DNA of 64,000 nt from Parcubacteria group bacterium LiPW_30 (GTDB taxonomy: Bacteria > Patescibacteriota > Minisyncoccia > Phycocordibacterales > VMEP01): the NCBI GenBank assembly GCA_007375595.1, contig VMEP01000001.1:340694-404693 (forward strand), in the 5' to 3' direction. The notes under the pieces are model-generated. The model was not told where the DNA came from and searched no databases. It saw only the letters and a program-made list of their open reading frames with translations. Position numbers and translations under genes: made by a program. Positions 19,379 through 28,458 of the stretch are shown one piece after another. How positions within the stretch are numbered: the stretch's first letter is position 1; the number at the start of each line of letters is the position of its first letter.

Positions 19379-19621
19379 ATGTATTACGTATATGTGTTGA
19401 AAGGCCCCAAGCAGTTTTATATAGGTTCCACCAACGATTTAAAAAGGAGATTTGCCGAACATCAATCTAATAAGTCTCTTTCGACGAAAAATCGTGGACC
19501 GTGGAGACTTGTATATTACGAAGCGTCTATATCAAAATCTGACACTTTGATTCGAGAGAATTATTTAAAAACTGCTTGGGGCAGACGATACTTAAAAAAT
19601 CGTATAAAAAATAGTGCATAG
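19379..19621 (+). CDS. small GIY-YIG nuclease-superfamily protein (UPF0213/YhbQ-like) nested in the rnpB P3 loop
   Basis: MYYVYVLKG...FYIGSTNDLKRRFAEHQ...WRLVYYE = GIY-YIG catalytic-domain signature; ORF exactly bounded by the 13-bp inverted repeats that form P3. Confidence 0.75.
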   Translation: MYYVYVLKGPKQFYIGSTNDLKRRFAEHQSNKSLSTKNRGPWRLVYYEASISKSDTLIRENYLKTAWGRRYLKNRIKNSA

Positions 19622-19698
19622 TTATCTCACGTGGAGGAAAGTCCGAACACTTCCGGTCTAACCTTTGGGCGACCGGAGAAGGGTAGCGGGTAACGCCC

Positions 19699-19760
19699 GT
19701 CGTCCAGCACTTATTTTGTAGTTTGGAAACTTCTAAGTTGCAAAATAAGTGCTGGATAGA
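19699..19760 (+). repeat. 62-nt hairpin repeat copy 1 (in rnpB P12 position)
   Basis: gtcgtccagcacttattttgtagtttggaaacttctaagttgcaaaataagtgctggataga; 15-bp perfect stem. Confidence 0.7.
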
Positions 19761-20010
19761 GGTGCGAGCAGTGACGTCGATGCCGAAAGGCTAGACCTCC
19801 CACGTGGAGGAATCCCATAGAAATATGGGAGTGAAACGGCTAAATCCTTACTTAAGTGCAAGGCCGTGCCCCGTGGGATAAAAGATTCCGATTTTATTAA
19901 TAATACCCTGTTAATTTACAGTTTCAGTATTGTTACGTAGTTCGGAATTTGTTATCCCATGGGGAGTGCCGCTTGAGCCCGTGAGTAATCACGGGCCTAG
20001 ATAAATGACT

Positions 20011-20072
20011 GTCGTCCAGCACTTATTTTGTCATTTGGAATCTTCTAAGTTGCAAAATAAGTGCTGGATACA
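20011..20072 (+). repeat. 62-nt hairpin repeat copy 2 (between rnpB P2 3' and P4 3' strands)
   Basis: copy 1 and copy 2 differ only at about 4 loop positions. Confidence 0.7.
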
Positions 20073-20100
20073 GAATTCGGCTTATAAGTTCAGGACAAGC

Positions 20101-20130
20101 AAAAAAGCCCTAATATTTAGGGCTTTTTTG
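20101..20130 (+). terminator. Rho-independent terminator of rnpB
   Basis: aaaaaagccctaatatttagggcttttttg. Confidence 0.65.
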
Positions 20131-20230
20131 CTTGTCCACTTTTTATCAACCGATAAAATTGTGTGTTATTAGAAATTTCTTATATAATACGGAGCACTTA
20201 ATTAATAAATTTTTAACAAACTTTCATTTC

Positions 20231-22597
20231 ATGCAAGGAATAAAAAAACTGTTTTCTTTAGAGGTTTTACCGTTTAGTTTATTAGTTGGACTCGTTTTTC
20301 TTTTACCGGTCTTCTTTTTGTCGGTAGCTGGAATTTCTCTTGATGTTGGTAAGGGTGTTTTTGCTGTCGTTCTCATTGTTGCCTCAATGGCTTTGTGGTT
20401 GGTTGGTCGCATGGTAGACGGTAAAGTTGTTGTGCCGAAAACACTTCTTGTTTTATTTGCTGCGTTACTTCCTCTTGAATATTTGATTTCAGCTGTTACT
20501 TCAAAGGTTCCAGCTGTTTCACTTTTTGGACAAGGATTTGAAGTGGGAACATTTGCTTTTACTTTCGTGATGTTCATTCTTCTTTTCCTAACCTCAATCT
20601 TGGTTAGCTCAAGAGACAAGGTTTTTACAGTTTACGTTGCTGCAATAGCATCCTTTTTAGTAGTGGCGCTTTACCAAGCCGTTCGTTTGTTTGCCGGGGC
20701 AGACACTCTTACTTTTGGTGGAACTTTCTCTGGTGTTCTCGCTAATACTGTTGGTAAGTGGAACGATTTGGGCGCATTTTTCGGAATGATAGCAATTCTT
20801 TCAATGATAACGCTTGAAACACTACCTCTTAAGGGTTTTGTTAAATATCTAACCTACCTATCGCTTGCTGTTTCAATCTTCTTTTTGGCGATTGTTAACT
20901 TCAGTTTTACCTGGATAGCTCTTGCTGTAATTGCGGTGACGGTTTTTGTTTTTGCAATTTATCTAAACAAAAGTGAAAATCCTTCATCTGGGATTGAAGG
21001 TGGTTCTGTTTTGCCGATAAAAAATAAAATCCCGATGGTGGCCCTTGTTGTTCTCTTGATTTCACTCTTTTACGTTTTTTCTGGAGATAAAATCGGTGGT
21101 TTTTTGCCAACACAATTTAACGCTTCACAAGTAGAAGTTAGGCCATCGTGGAGTGCAACCTTTGATATTGTAAAAGGCGCGCTTTCCGATAATTTATTCC
21201 TAGGTAGTGGGCCCAACCGTTTTGCATCAGAATGGGCACTACATCGCCCAGCAGTTTTAAACGAGACAATCTTTTGGGCAACTGACTTTAACGCTGGAAT
21301 CGGCCTTATTCCATCTTTTGCTGTTACAACTGGAATCTTGGGTATTTTGGCTTGGATTTTATTCCTCGGATTCTTCTTGTTCCGTGGTATCAAGAGCATT
21401 CTTATGTTTGATATAGGGCGTACAGCTCAATACTCAATCCTTTCTTCGTTTTTGTTGGCGGTATACCTATGGCTCTTTGCAATCTTCTATGTTCCAAACG
21501 TAGTTATCTATACGCTGGCGTTCTTGATGACTGGTGTTTTTATCGCAACGTTAGTAAACGAGGGGGTTATTAAAACATATCAAATCTCGCTTTTGGGTAG
21601 TCCAAAGATTGGGTTTGTTTCAGTTCTTGTTTTGATAGCTCTTACAATTTCCTCCGCTGCTTTAGGTTATGTCTTTGTTGAAAAAGCAATTTCATCTATC
21701 AATTTCCAGAAAACTATTCAGGCTTTGAATACAGATGGAAATTTTGATAAGGCAGAAGTTGGTTTGATTAAGGCATCGCAGTTTTCAGAGAGTGACCTTT
21801 ATTACCGCTCCCTTTCACAGGTTTATCTCGTTAAGTTGAACAATTTATTCCAACAGAAAAACATTTCGGAAACAGAAGCAAAGTCTCAATTCCAATCAAT
21901 ACTTGGTAATGCTATTGATAACGCTAGAAGTGCTCGAGACTATGACGCAACAAATTACGCAAACTGGATGAACCTAGCTTCGGTTTACGAATCAGTTGTT
22001 CCACTAGGCGTCACTGGTGCTTACGACGAAGCAAAAAAAGCTTACGACCAGGCTGCATTACTAAATCCACAAAGCCCGTTAGTTTATTTGACATTGGCTC
22101 GACTCGAAGTTTCCAACAAAGACAACAAAGCAGCCCGTGAGAACTTAAACAAGGCGCTTGCCCTTAAAGGTAATTATACAGACGCGTTATTCTTCCTTTC
22201 ACAGCTTGAAGCAGGAGAGGGTAATATTGCAGAAGCTATTGCGAAAGCAGATCAGGCATCGCTACTTTCTCCAAACGATGTTGGTTTGTTCTTCCAGTTG
22301 GGGCTTTTGAAATACACCAACAGAGATTACAACGGAGCTATCGTTTCTCTTGAGCGTGCTGTAGCACTCAATACAAATTACTCAAACGCAATGTATTTCC
22401 TTGGGTTAAGTTACGATAAAGTTGGAAGAAAAGCTGATGCAATTGCTCAGTTTGAAAAAGTTGAATCCCTAAACCCAGAGAATCAGGAAGTTAAAAATAT
22501 TCTTATAAATCTCAGGGCTGGAAAGAGTGCCTTAACTGATGTTCCTCCTCCTACTCCAGAAAAGAAGAGTACTCCTCCAGTAAAGGACACAAATTAA
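20231..22597 (+). CDS. polytopic membrane protein (O-antigen ligase/Wzy_C-like) with C-terminal TPR repeats
   Basis: more than 10 TM helices, then TPR-like repeats (ALLNPQSP..YLTLAR..; ALALKGNYTDALFFLS; ALNTNYSNAMYFLGLSY); start moved to MQGIKK. Confidence 0.55.
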   Translation: MQGIKKLFSLEVLPFSLLVGLVFLLPVFFLSVAGISLDVGKGVFAVVLIVASMALWLVGRMVDGKVVVPKTLLVLFAALLPLEYLISAVTSKVPAVSLFGQGFEVGTFAFTFVMFILLFLTSILVSSRDKVFTVYVAAIASFLVVALYQAVRLFAGADTLTFGGTFSGVLANTVGKWNDLGAFFGMIAILSMITLETLPLKGFVKYLTYLSLAVSIFFLAIVNFSFTWIALAVIAVTVFVFAIYLNKSENPSSGIEGGSVLPIKNKIPMVALVVLLISLFYVFSGDKIGGFLPTQFNASQVEVRPSWSATFDIVKGALSDNLFLGSGPNRFASEWALHRPAVLNETIFWATDFNAGIGLIPSFAVTTGILGILAWILFLGFFLFRGIKSILMFDIGRTAQYSILSSFLLAVYLWLFAIFYVPNVVIYTLAFLMTGVFIATLVNEGVIKTYQISLLGSPKIGFVSVLVLIALTISSAALGYVFVEKAISSINFQKTIQALNTDGNFDKAEVGLIKASQFSESDLYYRSLSQVYLVKLNNLFQQKNISETEAKSQFQSILGNAIDNARSARDYDATNYANWMNLASVYESVVPLGVTGAYDEAKKAYDQAALLNPQSPLVYLTLARLEVSNKDNKAARENLNKALALKGNYTDALFFLSQLEAGEGNIAEAIAKADQASLLSPNDVGLFFQLGLLKYTNRDYNGAIVSLERAVALNTNYSNAMYFLGLSYDKVGRKADAIAQFEKVESLNPENQEVKNILINLRAGKSALTDVPPPTPEKKSTPPVKDTN

Positions 22598-22624
22598 TAT
22601 TAATTAACAATGGTTCTTGTCTAA

Positions 22625-24304
22625 ATGGTTAAAAGAATCATCAATGTTTTAAATAAAGAAGTAGGCGGTCTACATGAGGCCGCTTTTCTTCTTGGGTTCT
22701 TTGCTGTCGCATCTCAAGTTTTAGCGCTCTTGCGTGACCGTTTGTTCGCTAATTATTTTGGCGCGGGAACCGAGCTTGATGTTTATTACACTGCGTTCCG
22801 TATACCAGATGCGCTCTATGTTGTAATTGCTTCGTTTGTATCGGTGTCGGTTATTATTCCGTTCCTTTCTAAAATGGAAGGAGATGAGAATAAGGCAAAA
22901 CGTTTTGTCTCTGAAATATTTACCATTTTTTCTATAGTGATGGCTGTTTTCAGTTTCGCGATGTTTTTCCTAATTCCATACCTCGCTCCTTTTATAGCTC
23001 CTGGTTTTTCCAAAGAACAACTCGACTCACTTGTTTTGTTATCAAGAATACTTTTGTTATCGCCATTTATTCTCGGGTTATCAAACAATATTTTTGGTAG
23101 CATCACTCAGTTTTATAAAAGGTTTTTTGTTTATGCCCTTGCCCCGGTTTTATACAACCTAGGAATTATTTTCGGTGTTTTTTCCTTTTATCCGGTTTTT
23201 GGGATGAAAGGTCTTGCTTTCGGTGTTATTTTGGGCGCATTGCTTCATGTTTTGATTCAAATACCGATTGCTATTCAAAACGGGTTTACTCCGAGGTTTG
23301 TTAGAAAAATAGACTGGAAAGATATTTTTGAGGTTGTGACTGTGTCTTTACCACGAACAATAACTCTCTCTGCTAATCATCTTGTTTTGATTGCTCTTGG
23401 GGCCATTGCTTCAACGATGTATATCGGCTCTGTTTCTATTTTTAATTTCTCGTTTAATCTACAATCAGTTCCTCTTGCGACAATCGGAGTTGCGTATTCA
23501 ATGGCGGCATTTCCAATGCTCGCAGCTTTTTTTACGCGCGGGGAAAAAGAAAGATTTATGGAACATATGGTGATTGCTCTTCGACACATAATCTTCTGGG
23601 CAGTTCCAATTACGATTCTTTTCATTGTTCTTCGCGCGCAAATAGTTCGTACTATTTTGGGTTCAGGTGCTTTTAGTTGGAATGATACTCGTCTTACTGC
23701 GGCTGCTCTCGCCCTCTTCTCTCTTTCGGTGCTTACCCAGAGTTTGACAGTGTTGTTCTCTCGCGGTTATCACGCCTCAGGAAACACCAGAAAACCACTT
23801 TTCATTAATTTGTTTTCAAGTGTTTGTGCTATCGGTGGCGCTTTTTGGCTTACAATTGTCTTTGAGAAAACTCCCGAATTTCGTTATTTCATAGAGTCTA
23901 TTTTGAGAGTTGATCAAATTGATGGAACTGCTGTTTTGATGTTGCCTCTTGCGTATTCTATTGCTTCTATTATGAATGCATTTTTGCATTGGATTATTTT
24001 TGAAAGAGATTTTGAAATGAATCTTTCTTTAATTATAAGAAAAACTCTTTTTGAGAGTTTCTCGGCGTCGGTGTTTATGGGTTTCGTCGCTTATAACTGT
24101 TTAAATATTTTTGCGTTAATTTTAAATACAGAGACGGTTATTGGAATTTTCCTTCAAGGATTTTTGTCTGGAATAATTGGTATTATCGCGGGGGTTATTA
24201 TTTTGAGGATTTTAAAAAATGACGAAATTAAAGATATTTCAATTGCTTTGCATAAGAAATTCTGGAAGGTAGATGTTGTAGCTCCGGCTCAAGAGGAGCT
24301 CTGA
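22625..24304 (+). CDS. murJ: lipid II flippase MurJ (MviN)
   Basis: N-terminal LALLRDRLFANYFGAGTELDVYYTAFRIPD matches MurJ; 14-TM topology. Confidence 0.8.
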   Translation: MVKRIINVLNKEVGGLHEAAFLLGFFAVASQVLALLRDRLFANYFGAGTELDVYYTAFRIPDALYVVIASFVSVSVIIPFLSKMEGDENKAKRFVSEIFTIFSIVMAVFSFAMFFLIPYLAPFIAPGFSKEQLDSLVLLSRILLLSPFILGLSNNIFGSITQFYKRFFVYALAPVLYNLGIIFGVFSFYPVFGMKGLAFGVILGALLHVLIQIPIAIQNGFTPRFVRKIDWKDIFEVVTVSLPRTITLSANHLVLIALGAIASTMYIGSVSIFNFSFNLQSVPLATIGVAYSMAAFPMLAAFFTRGEKERFMEHMVIALRHIIFWAVPITILFIVLRAQIVRTILGSGAFSWNDTRLTAAALALFSLSVLTQSLTVLFSRGYHASGNTRKPLFINLFSSVCAIGGAFWLTIVFEKTPEFRYFIESILRVDQIDGTAVLMLPLAYSIASIMNAFLHWIIFERDFEMNLSLIIRKTLFESFSASVFMGFVAYNCLNIFALILNTETVIGIFLQGFLSGIIGIIAGVIILRILKNDEIKDISIALHKKFWKVDVVAPAQEEL

Positions 24305-24394
24305 AGCTAGGAGGTTAGGGAGTTAGCTCTTAGCTTCATTAGGCTTCATTAGCGAGAAAGAGCGATAAATTTTAATCTGGTTCAAACTTATCAT

Positions 24395-24465
24395 TCTAGT
24401 ATTTTGCAAAATACTAGAATGATAAGTTTGAAAAGAAAAATTCCTCCCGGTGAGGGGAGGAATTG
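24395..24465. terminator. two hairpins between convergent genes, including a 22-bp perfect palindrome
   Basis: caaacttatcattctagtattttgcaaaatactagaatgataagtttg; ttcctcccggtgaggggaggaa. Confidence 0.6.
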
Positions 24466-24491
24466 AGGGTGCCGAATGTGATTCGGCTAAT

Positions 24492-25406
24492 TCATTTCGC
24501 TTTTGCGGGAACGAGCTTGAGCCACCGGATTGAAACGAACTCGTAGTTGACGAAGCCGAGTACTGCCCCGACGACCGCACCGAGGACGGCGCTTCCGAGG
24601 GAGAAACCGACGACAGCACCAAGCGTTGCGTCGACGAAACAGAGCGTTCGGCGTTCGGAATGAACGTAAACGAAAGTCCGCACGACGAAACGCCAGGTCT
24701 CCCTGCAGAGGAAATAGGCTAGCGTGACGATGGCGTCCATGATGCGCGCCTTATTTTCCCAGAGATACTCGCCGACACCGCAAAGCGTGTGCGCGAAGAG
24801 CCACAACAGAAAAAACGGCAGGATGATTGGGTTGCCGTATTTGAAGACGAGCAACCCCATGGACATATCACGAGAGAGAAATTCTTGGTACGAGCCTTTT
24901 GTGTCGTAGTCCAATTTTTGCCAGTATTTTTTCTTGTTGGTGAACGGCCAGAAAAGCGCGCCGACGACCAACATGGTCGTAACAAGATAGAAACCGACCC
25001 CCACCCCAGAAATGAGACTGTGAACCACAGGCTCATTTTCTGGGGCGGGCCACTCGAGGTAAGAAAATATTGCGTGGGACATCAAGGCGAAAGACGTTGC
25101 GAGCGCCAAAAGCCCCAACACCGACGCAGCCGTCGCTTTCCAATACAGCGGATATCGCTTCCATGTGGTTGCCCTATGGTACGCACTAGCGACATTGCCG
25201 GCGCTTACGCGATACGAACGGGCGACACCGGCGCAGAAGTTCTGGAAGTCCACCGCACAGTAGGCAACAAGACCGCCGAAGATCGCGCCGACACCCCAGA
25301 AGTACGAGCCGTACTCGAAGCGCGCCGAGATTTCAATGGCGCTTAAGGCACCAATAAAGGCGCCAAGAGCACAGGCAAACATTACGGACAAAGATTCCTT
25401 TTTCAT
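24492..25406 (-). CDS. hypothetical integral membrane protein (GC-rich island)
   Basis: SD ggagg + ATG (MKKESL); multiple TM helices; GC-rich. Confidence 0.5.
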   Translation of the reverse strand: MKKESLSVMFACALGAFIGALSAIEISARFEYGSYFWGVGAIFGGLVAYCAVDFQNFCAGVARSYRVSAGNVASAYHRATTWKRYPLYWKATAASVLGLLALATSFALMSHAIFSYLEWPAPENEPVVHSLISGVGVGFYLVTTMLVVGALFWPFTNKKKYWQKLDYDTKGSYQEFLSRDMSMGLLVFKYGNPIILPFFLLWLFAHTLCGVGEYLWENKARIMDAIVTLAYFLCRETWRFVVRTFVYVHSERRTLCFVDATLGAVVGFSLGSAVLGAVVGAVLGFVNYEFVSIRWLKLVPAKAK

Positions 25407-25540
25407 GGTGTTCCTCCATTCGTTTAGGTTGTGACTCACTAACAAAGAGCCGATTTAACACGTTTACTGTCTCGTAACGTATAACGTTTACAGATCTTTG
25501 TCAACGCACCAAAAAAGTATGCTAAAATACGGCTCAATTT

Positions 25541-27337
25541 ATGAATTTAAAACATATTCGAAATTTCAGCATTATTGCGCACATTGATCACGGCAAATCG
25601 ACTCTTGCTGATCGTTTACTTGATGCGACTCATACAATTGAAAAACGTAAAATGCGTGACCAGGTTTTGGACCGTATGGACCTTGAAAGAGAGCGCGGTA
25701 TAACCATAAAAATGACCCCTGTTCGCATGGATTACGCCCTAAACGGCGAATCATACGTATTGAACCTAATCGACACTCCTGGACACATTGATTTTTCATA
25801 TGAAGTCTCACGGGCTCTTCAGGCGGTGGAAGGGTCTTTGCTTTTAGTTGATTCAACTCAAGGTGTGCAGGCTCAAACTTTAACTACCCTTGCGATGGCG
25901 CGAGAGCTTGGAATTAAAATTATTCCAGTTGTGACAAAAATTGATTCCCCAATCTCTCGCGTTGATGATGTTAAGCGTGAAGTTATGACCCTGCTTGATT
26001 GCAAAGAAGAAGATATCTTGGCAGTTTCTGGTAAAACAGGAGAGGGTGTTGCTGAACTTTTGAAAGTGGTAATAGAACGTATTCCACCACCAAGTGATAA
26101 GTACAGAGAAAAAAATAATTTTAGAGCATTAGTTTTTGATTTTGAATACTCAAACCATCAAGGGGTTATTGTTTATGTAAGAGTTTTAGACGGTGAAATT
26201 AAAAAAGGAGATGACCTTTCTTTTTGTGAGGCCAAGGAAAGATTTATTGCCTCTGATGTTGGTATTTTTACTCCAGAAAAAAAATCTGCAGAAAAAATCT
26301 CAGCGGGGGAGATTGGTTATATTGTCACTTCAATTAAGAAGCCTGGTATTGCTTCCGTCGGAGACACGATCACTCTTACAAAAAATCCACTACCAGCGCT
26401 TCCTGGATATCAAAATCCACGACCAGTTGTATGGGCATCGCTTTACCCAGAAAGTCAGGATGATTTTGATTTATTAAAAGAATCCCTCGTTAGACTTAAG
26501 CTTTCAGATTCATCACTTTCTTTTGAAGAGGAGGTTTCCGGTTCGCTCGGGCGCGGTTTTAGGTGTGGTTTTCTTGGAATGCTTCACTTGGAAATTGTTA
26601 CTGAAAGATTAAGAAGAGAGTTTAATCTTGAACTTATAGTTACTTCGCCATCTATTAATTACGAAGTTGTTTATCAAAGTGGGAAGCGCGAGAAAATTTA
26701 TTCGCCACACCTTTTTCCGAGAGACGGAACATACACAGAAGCCTTTGAGCCATGGGCTTCCATAACATTAATTACGCCACCAGATTATGTTGGGGGAATT
26801 ATGCAACTTCTTTATGAACACGAAGCGGAGGTTGGGGAGTCGAGTATTTTCGGCGATAATCGTGTTTCAATCAAAGCCCGCGTACCACTTCGCGAGCTGA
26901 TGAGAAACTTTTTTGATGAATTGAAAAGCGTTTCATCAGGATTTGCCTCACTTTCTTATGATATCGATGAAATGCGTAAGGCTGATGTGACGAGGCTTGA
27001 TATTGTGGTTGCGGAAGAAATTGTGCCAGCATTTACCCGTGTTATCTCGCGTAGAAGGGCCCAGGAAGACGCTGAAAAGGCTGTTGAGAGATTACACCAA
27101 ATCCTCCCAAGACAGCTTTTTGAGGTCAAAATACAAGCTACAGCGCTTGGTAGAATACTCTCCTCTAGAAGCCTAAAAGCGCTTAGAAAGGACGTTACTG
27201 GATATCTTTATGGTGGCGATATTACACGAAAGATGAAGCTTCGAGAAAAGCAGAAAAAAGGTAAGAAGAGAATGAAGGCAGGCGGAAGAGTCAATATTCC
27301 AAAAGAGGTATTTCTTAATATGATGAAAAACCAGTAG
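25541..27337 (+). CDS. lepA: elongation factor 4 (LepA) GTPase
   Basis: NFSIIAHIDHGKSTLADRLL (G1), DTPGH, RERGITIK; LepA C-terminal domain. Confidence 0.9.
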   Translation: MNLKHIRNFSIIAHIDHGKSTLADRLLDATHTIEKRKMRDQVLDRMDLERERGITIKMTPVRMDYALNGESYVLNLIDTPGHIDFSYEVSRALQAVEGSLLLVDSTQGVQAQTLTTLAMARELGIKIIPVVTKIDSPISRVDDVKREVMTLLDCKEEDILAVSGKTGEGVAELLKVVIERIPPPSDKYREKNNFRALVFDFEYSNHQGVIVYVRVLDGEIKKGDDLSFCEAKERFIASDVGIFTPEKKSAEKISAGEIGYIVTSIKKPGIASVGDTITLTKNPLPALPGYQNPRPVVWASLYPESQDDFDLLKESLVRLKLSDSSLSFEEEVSGSLGRGFRCGFLGMLHLEIVTERLRREFNLELIVTSPSINYEVVYQSGKREKIYSPHLFPRDGTYTEAFEPWASITLITPPDYVGGIMQLLYEHEAEVGESSIFGDNRVSIKARVPLRELMRNFFDELKSVSSGFASLSYDIDEMRKADVTRLDIVVAEEIVPAFTRVISRRRAQEDAEKAVERLHQILPRQLFEVKIQATALGRILSSRSLKALRKDVTGYLYGGDITRKMKLREKQKKGKKRMKAGGRVNIPKEVFLNMMKNQ

Positions 27338-27620
27338 TAGGACTTACGCAAATGGCACATTTCTTTGTTGCACTTCGCAAAATGTCGTTCAATGTGCATT
27401 AGCACAGCTCACTCCATTTTGTTTGTGCTCCTAGAACTGCACTCATTTGCGTAAGCCCTAGGCAATGTTTTGGTTAGAGGGCTGGGGCGATATACAAAAG
27501 AATCATACTTACGATAACTAGTAGGCTTAGTATTATCCATGTGATACGGACAGCTTTGCGGTTTTCTTTGTTGAACATCATATAATATATAAAGTTTAAT
27601 TAAGAGTATAATATCAGAAA

Positions 27621-27989
27621 ATGCTTGAATTTCAAGACAAAAAAAGATTTAGAAGAATTCTGTATTCTCGGGTTACTTTTGTTTTGGTTTTTATTCTTTG
27701 CGTTTTTGTTGGTAGAGCAGCGGTTAGTATGTATAAAAGCGATAGTCTAACCGGGGAGAAAAGAAAGATAGCCGAAGATGAGTTGGTGGCGGTCAGGGCG
27801 CGGGAAAATTCGTTAAAGGCGCAAATTATTAGTCTTAAGACAGAGAGGGGGGTTGAAGAGGAGCTTAGGGGGAAGTTTAGGGTTGTTAAAAACGGAGAAG
27901 GGGTTATTATTGTTGTTGATCAGGAAAAAAAAGAGGCAACGACCACAAAATCTGGCTTTGCCAATTTTTTTAAATGGTTTTTAAAATAA
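27621..27989 (+). CDS. FtsB/DivIC-like septum-formation initiator (TM plus coiled coil)
   Basis: single N-terminal TM followed by a heptad-like segment. Confidence 0.4.
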   Translation: MLEFQDKKRFRRILYSRVTFVLVFILCVFVGRAAVSMYKSDSLTGEKRKIAEDELVAVRARENSLKAQIISLKTERGVEEELRGKFRVVKNGEGVIIVVDQEKKEATTTKSGFANFFKWFLK

Positions 27990-28012
27990 GTTTTAGTTTT
28001 GTGAGATAAAAA

Positions 28013-28081
28013 GCGAGTATAGTTTAGTGGTAGAATGACTGCTTCCCAAGCAGTAGATCGGAGTTCGATTCTCCGTACTCG
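28013..28081 (+). tRNA. tRNA-Trp (anticodon CCA)
   Basis: cloverleaf: acceptor GCGAGTA/TACTCGC, anticodon loop TCCCAAG, T-loop GGAGTTCGATTCTCC. Confidence 0.85.
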
Positions 28082-28089
28082 CACATTAT

Positions 28090-28123
28090 AAAAAATACCC
28101 CATCTTTGCGGGGTATTTTTTAT
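28090..28123 (+). terminator. terminator hairpin after tRNA-Trp
   Basis: aaaaataccccatctttgcggggtatttttt. Confidence 0.6.
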
Positions 28124-28132
28124 AATGACGAG

Positions 28133-28222
28133 GGGGATCGAAAGCCGGAGGCAGACGTGCCGAGGCGGGGTCGCGCAAATTTCTAGCAAGAAATTATGCG
28201 TGACCGATTCTCCGTACTCGCA
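28133..28222 (+). repeat. tRNA-3'-end-associated repeat element, short form (copy S1), ending in an 18-nt direct copy of the tRNA-Trp 3' end
   Basis: tcgaaagccggaggcagacgtgccgaggcggggtcgcgcaaatttctagcaagaaattatgcgtgac + cgattctccgtactcgca (= tRNA-Trp 28064-28081). Confidence 0.7.
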
Positions 28223-28337
28223 CGAATTCTTGTTAAAAACTTGATTATGGTTATTTTGTATTATTTTCGTGTAGATTTGTGTTTTGGCTTTATGATATAA
28301 TCAGCGTCCATTAGAAATTAACGGGTGTGGAATATGA

Positions 28338-28450
28338 ATCCCGTTAGAGGCCGCGGTCGCGCGGGATGGGAAATAAATAATATAAGAAGTAGAAGTACGA
28401 TTTATAAGTTTAATTAATTTGCAGGAAGTGGATTGACCGCGACCTGCCTC
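28338..28450 (+). promoter_or_regulatory. long-range stem-loop in the 5' leader of the glutaredoxin gene
   Basis: cccgttagaggccgcggtc (28338-) pairs with gaccgcgacctgcctctaaacggg, which ends at the start codon. Confidence 0.3.
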
Positions 28451-28458
28451 TAAACGGG

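Larger units (their letters stand above)
19337..20100 (+). ncRNA. rnpB: RNase P RNA (bacterial type A) with an expanded P3 carrying an ORF and two 62-nt hairpin insertions
   Basis: AGGAAAGTCCGAAC (P4 5' strand); CGGGTAACGCCCG (P8, UAACG loop as in E. coli); GCAAGGCC (P15); GCTTGAGCCCGTGAG...GGGCCTAGATAAATGACTGTCG (P18/P2 3'); ACAGAATTCGGCTTAT (P4 3'); P1 GGTCTTGAACT/AGTTCAGGAC; P2 GGCAGTC/GACTGTC; P3 13-bp CCACGTGAGATAA/TTATCTCACGTGG; terminator follows. Confidence 0.75.

Noticed and set aside
24789-25346. 185-aa +-strand ORF antisense to the GC-rich membrane protein
   Set aside because: Arg-rich antisense frame of a GC-rich gene. The minus-strand ORF has SD, start codon and TM periodicity.
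72-28009. 9-mer GTGAGATAA occurring three times (72-80, 19361-19369 in the rnpB P3 stem, 28001-28009 just before tRNA-Trp)
   Set aside because: Considered as a shared promoter or recognition motif, but three hits of an AT-rich 9-mer in 128 kb of AT-rich sequence is within chance. The positions relative to the RNA 5' ends are inconsistent.
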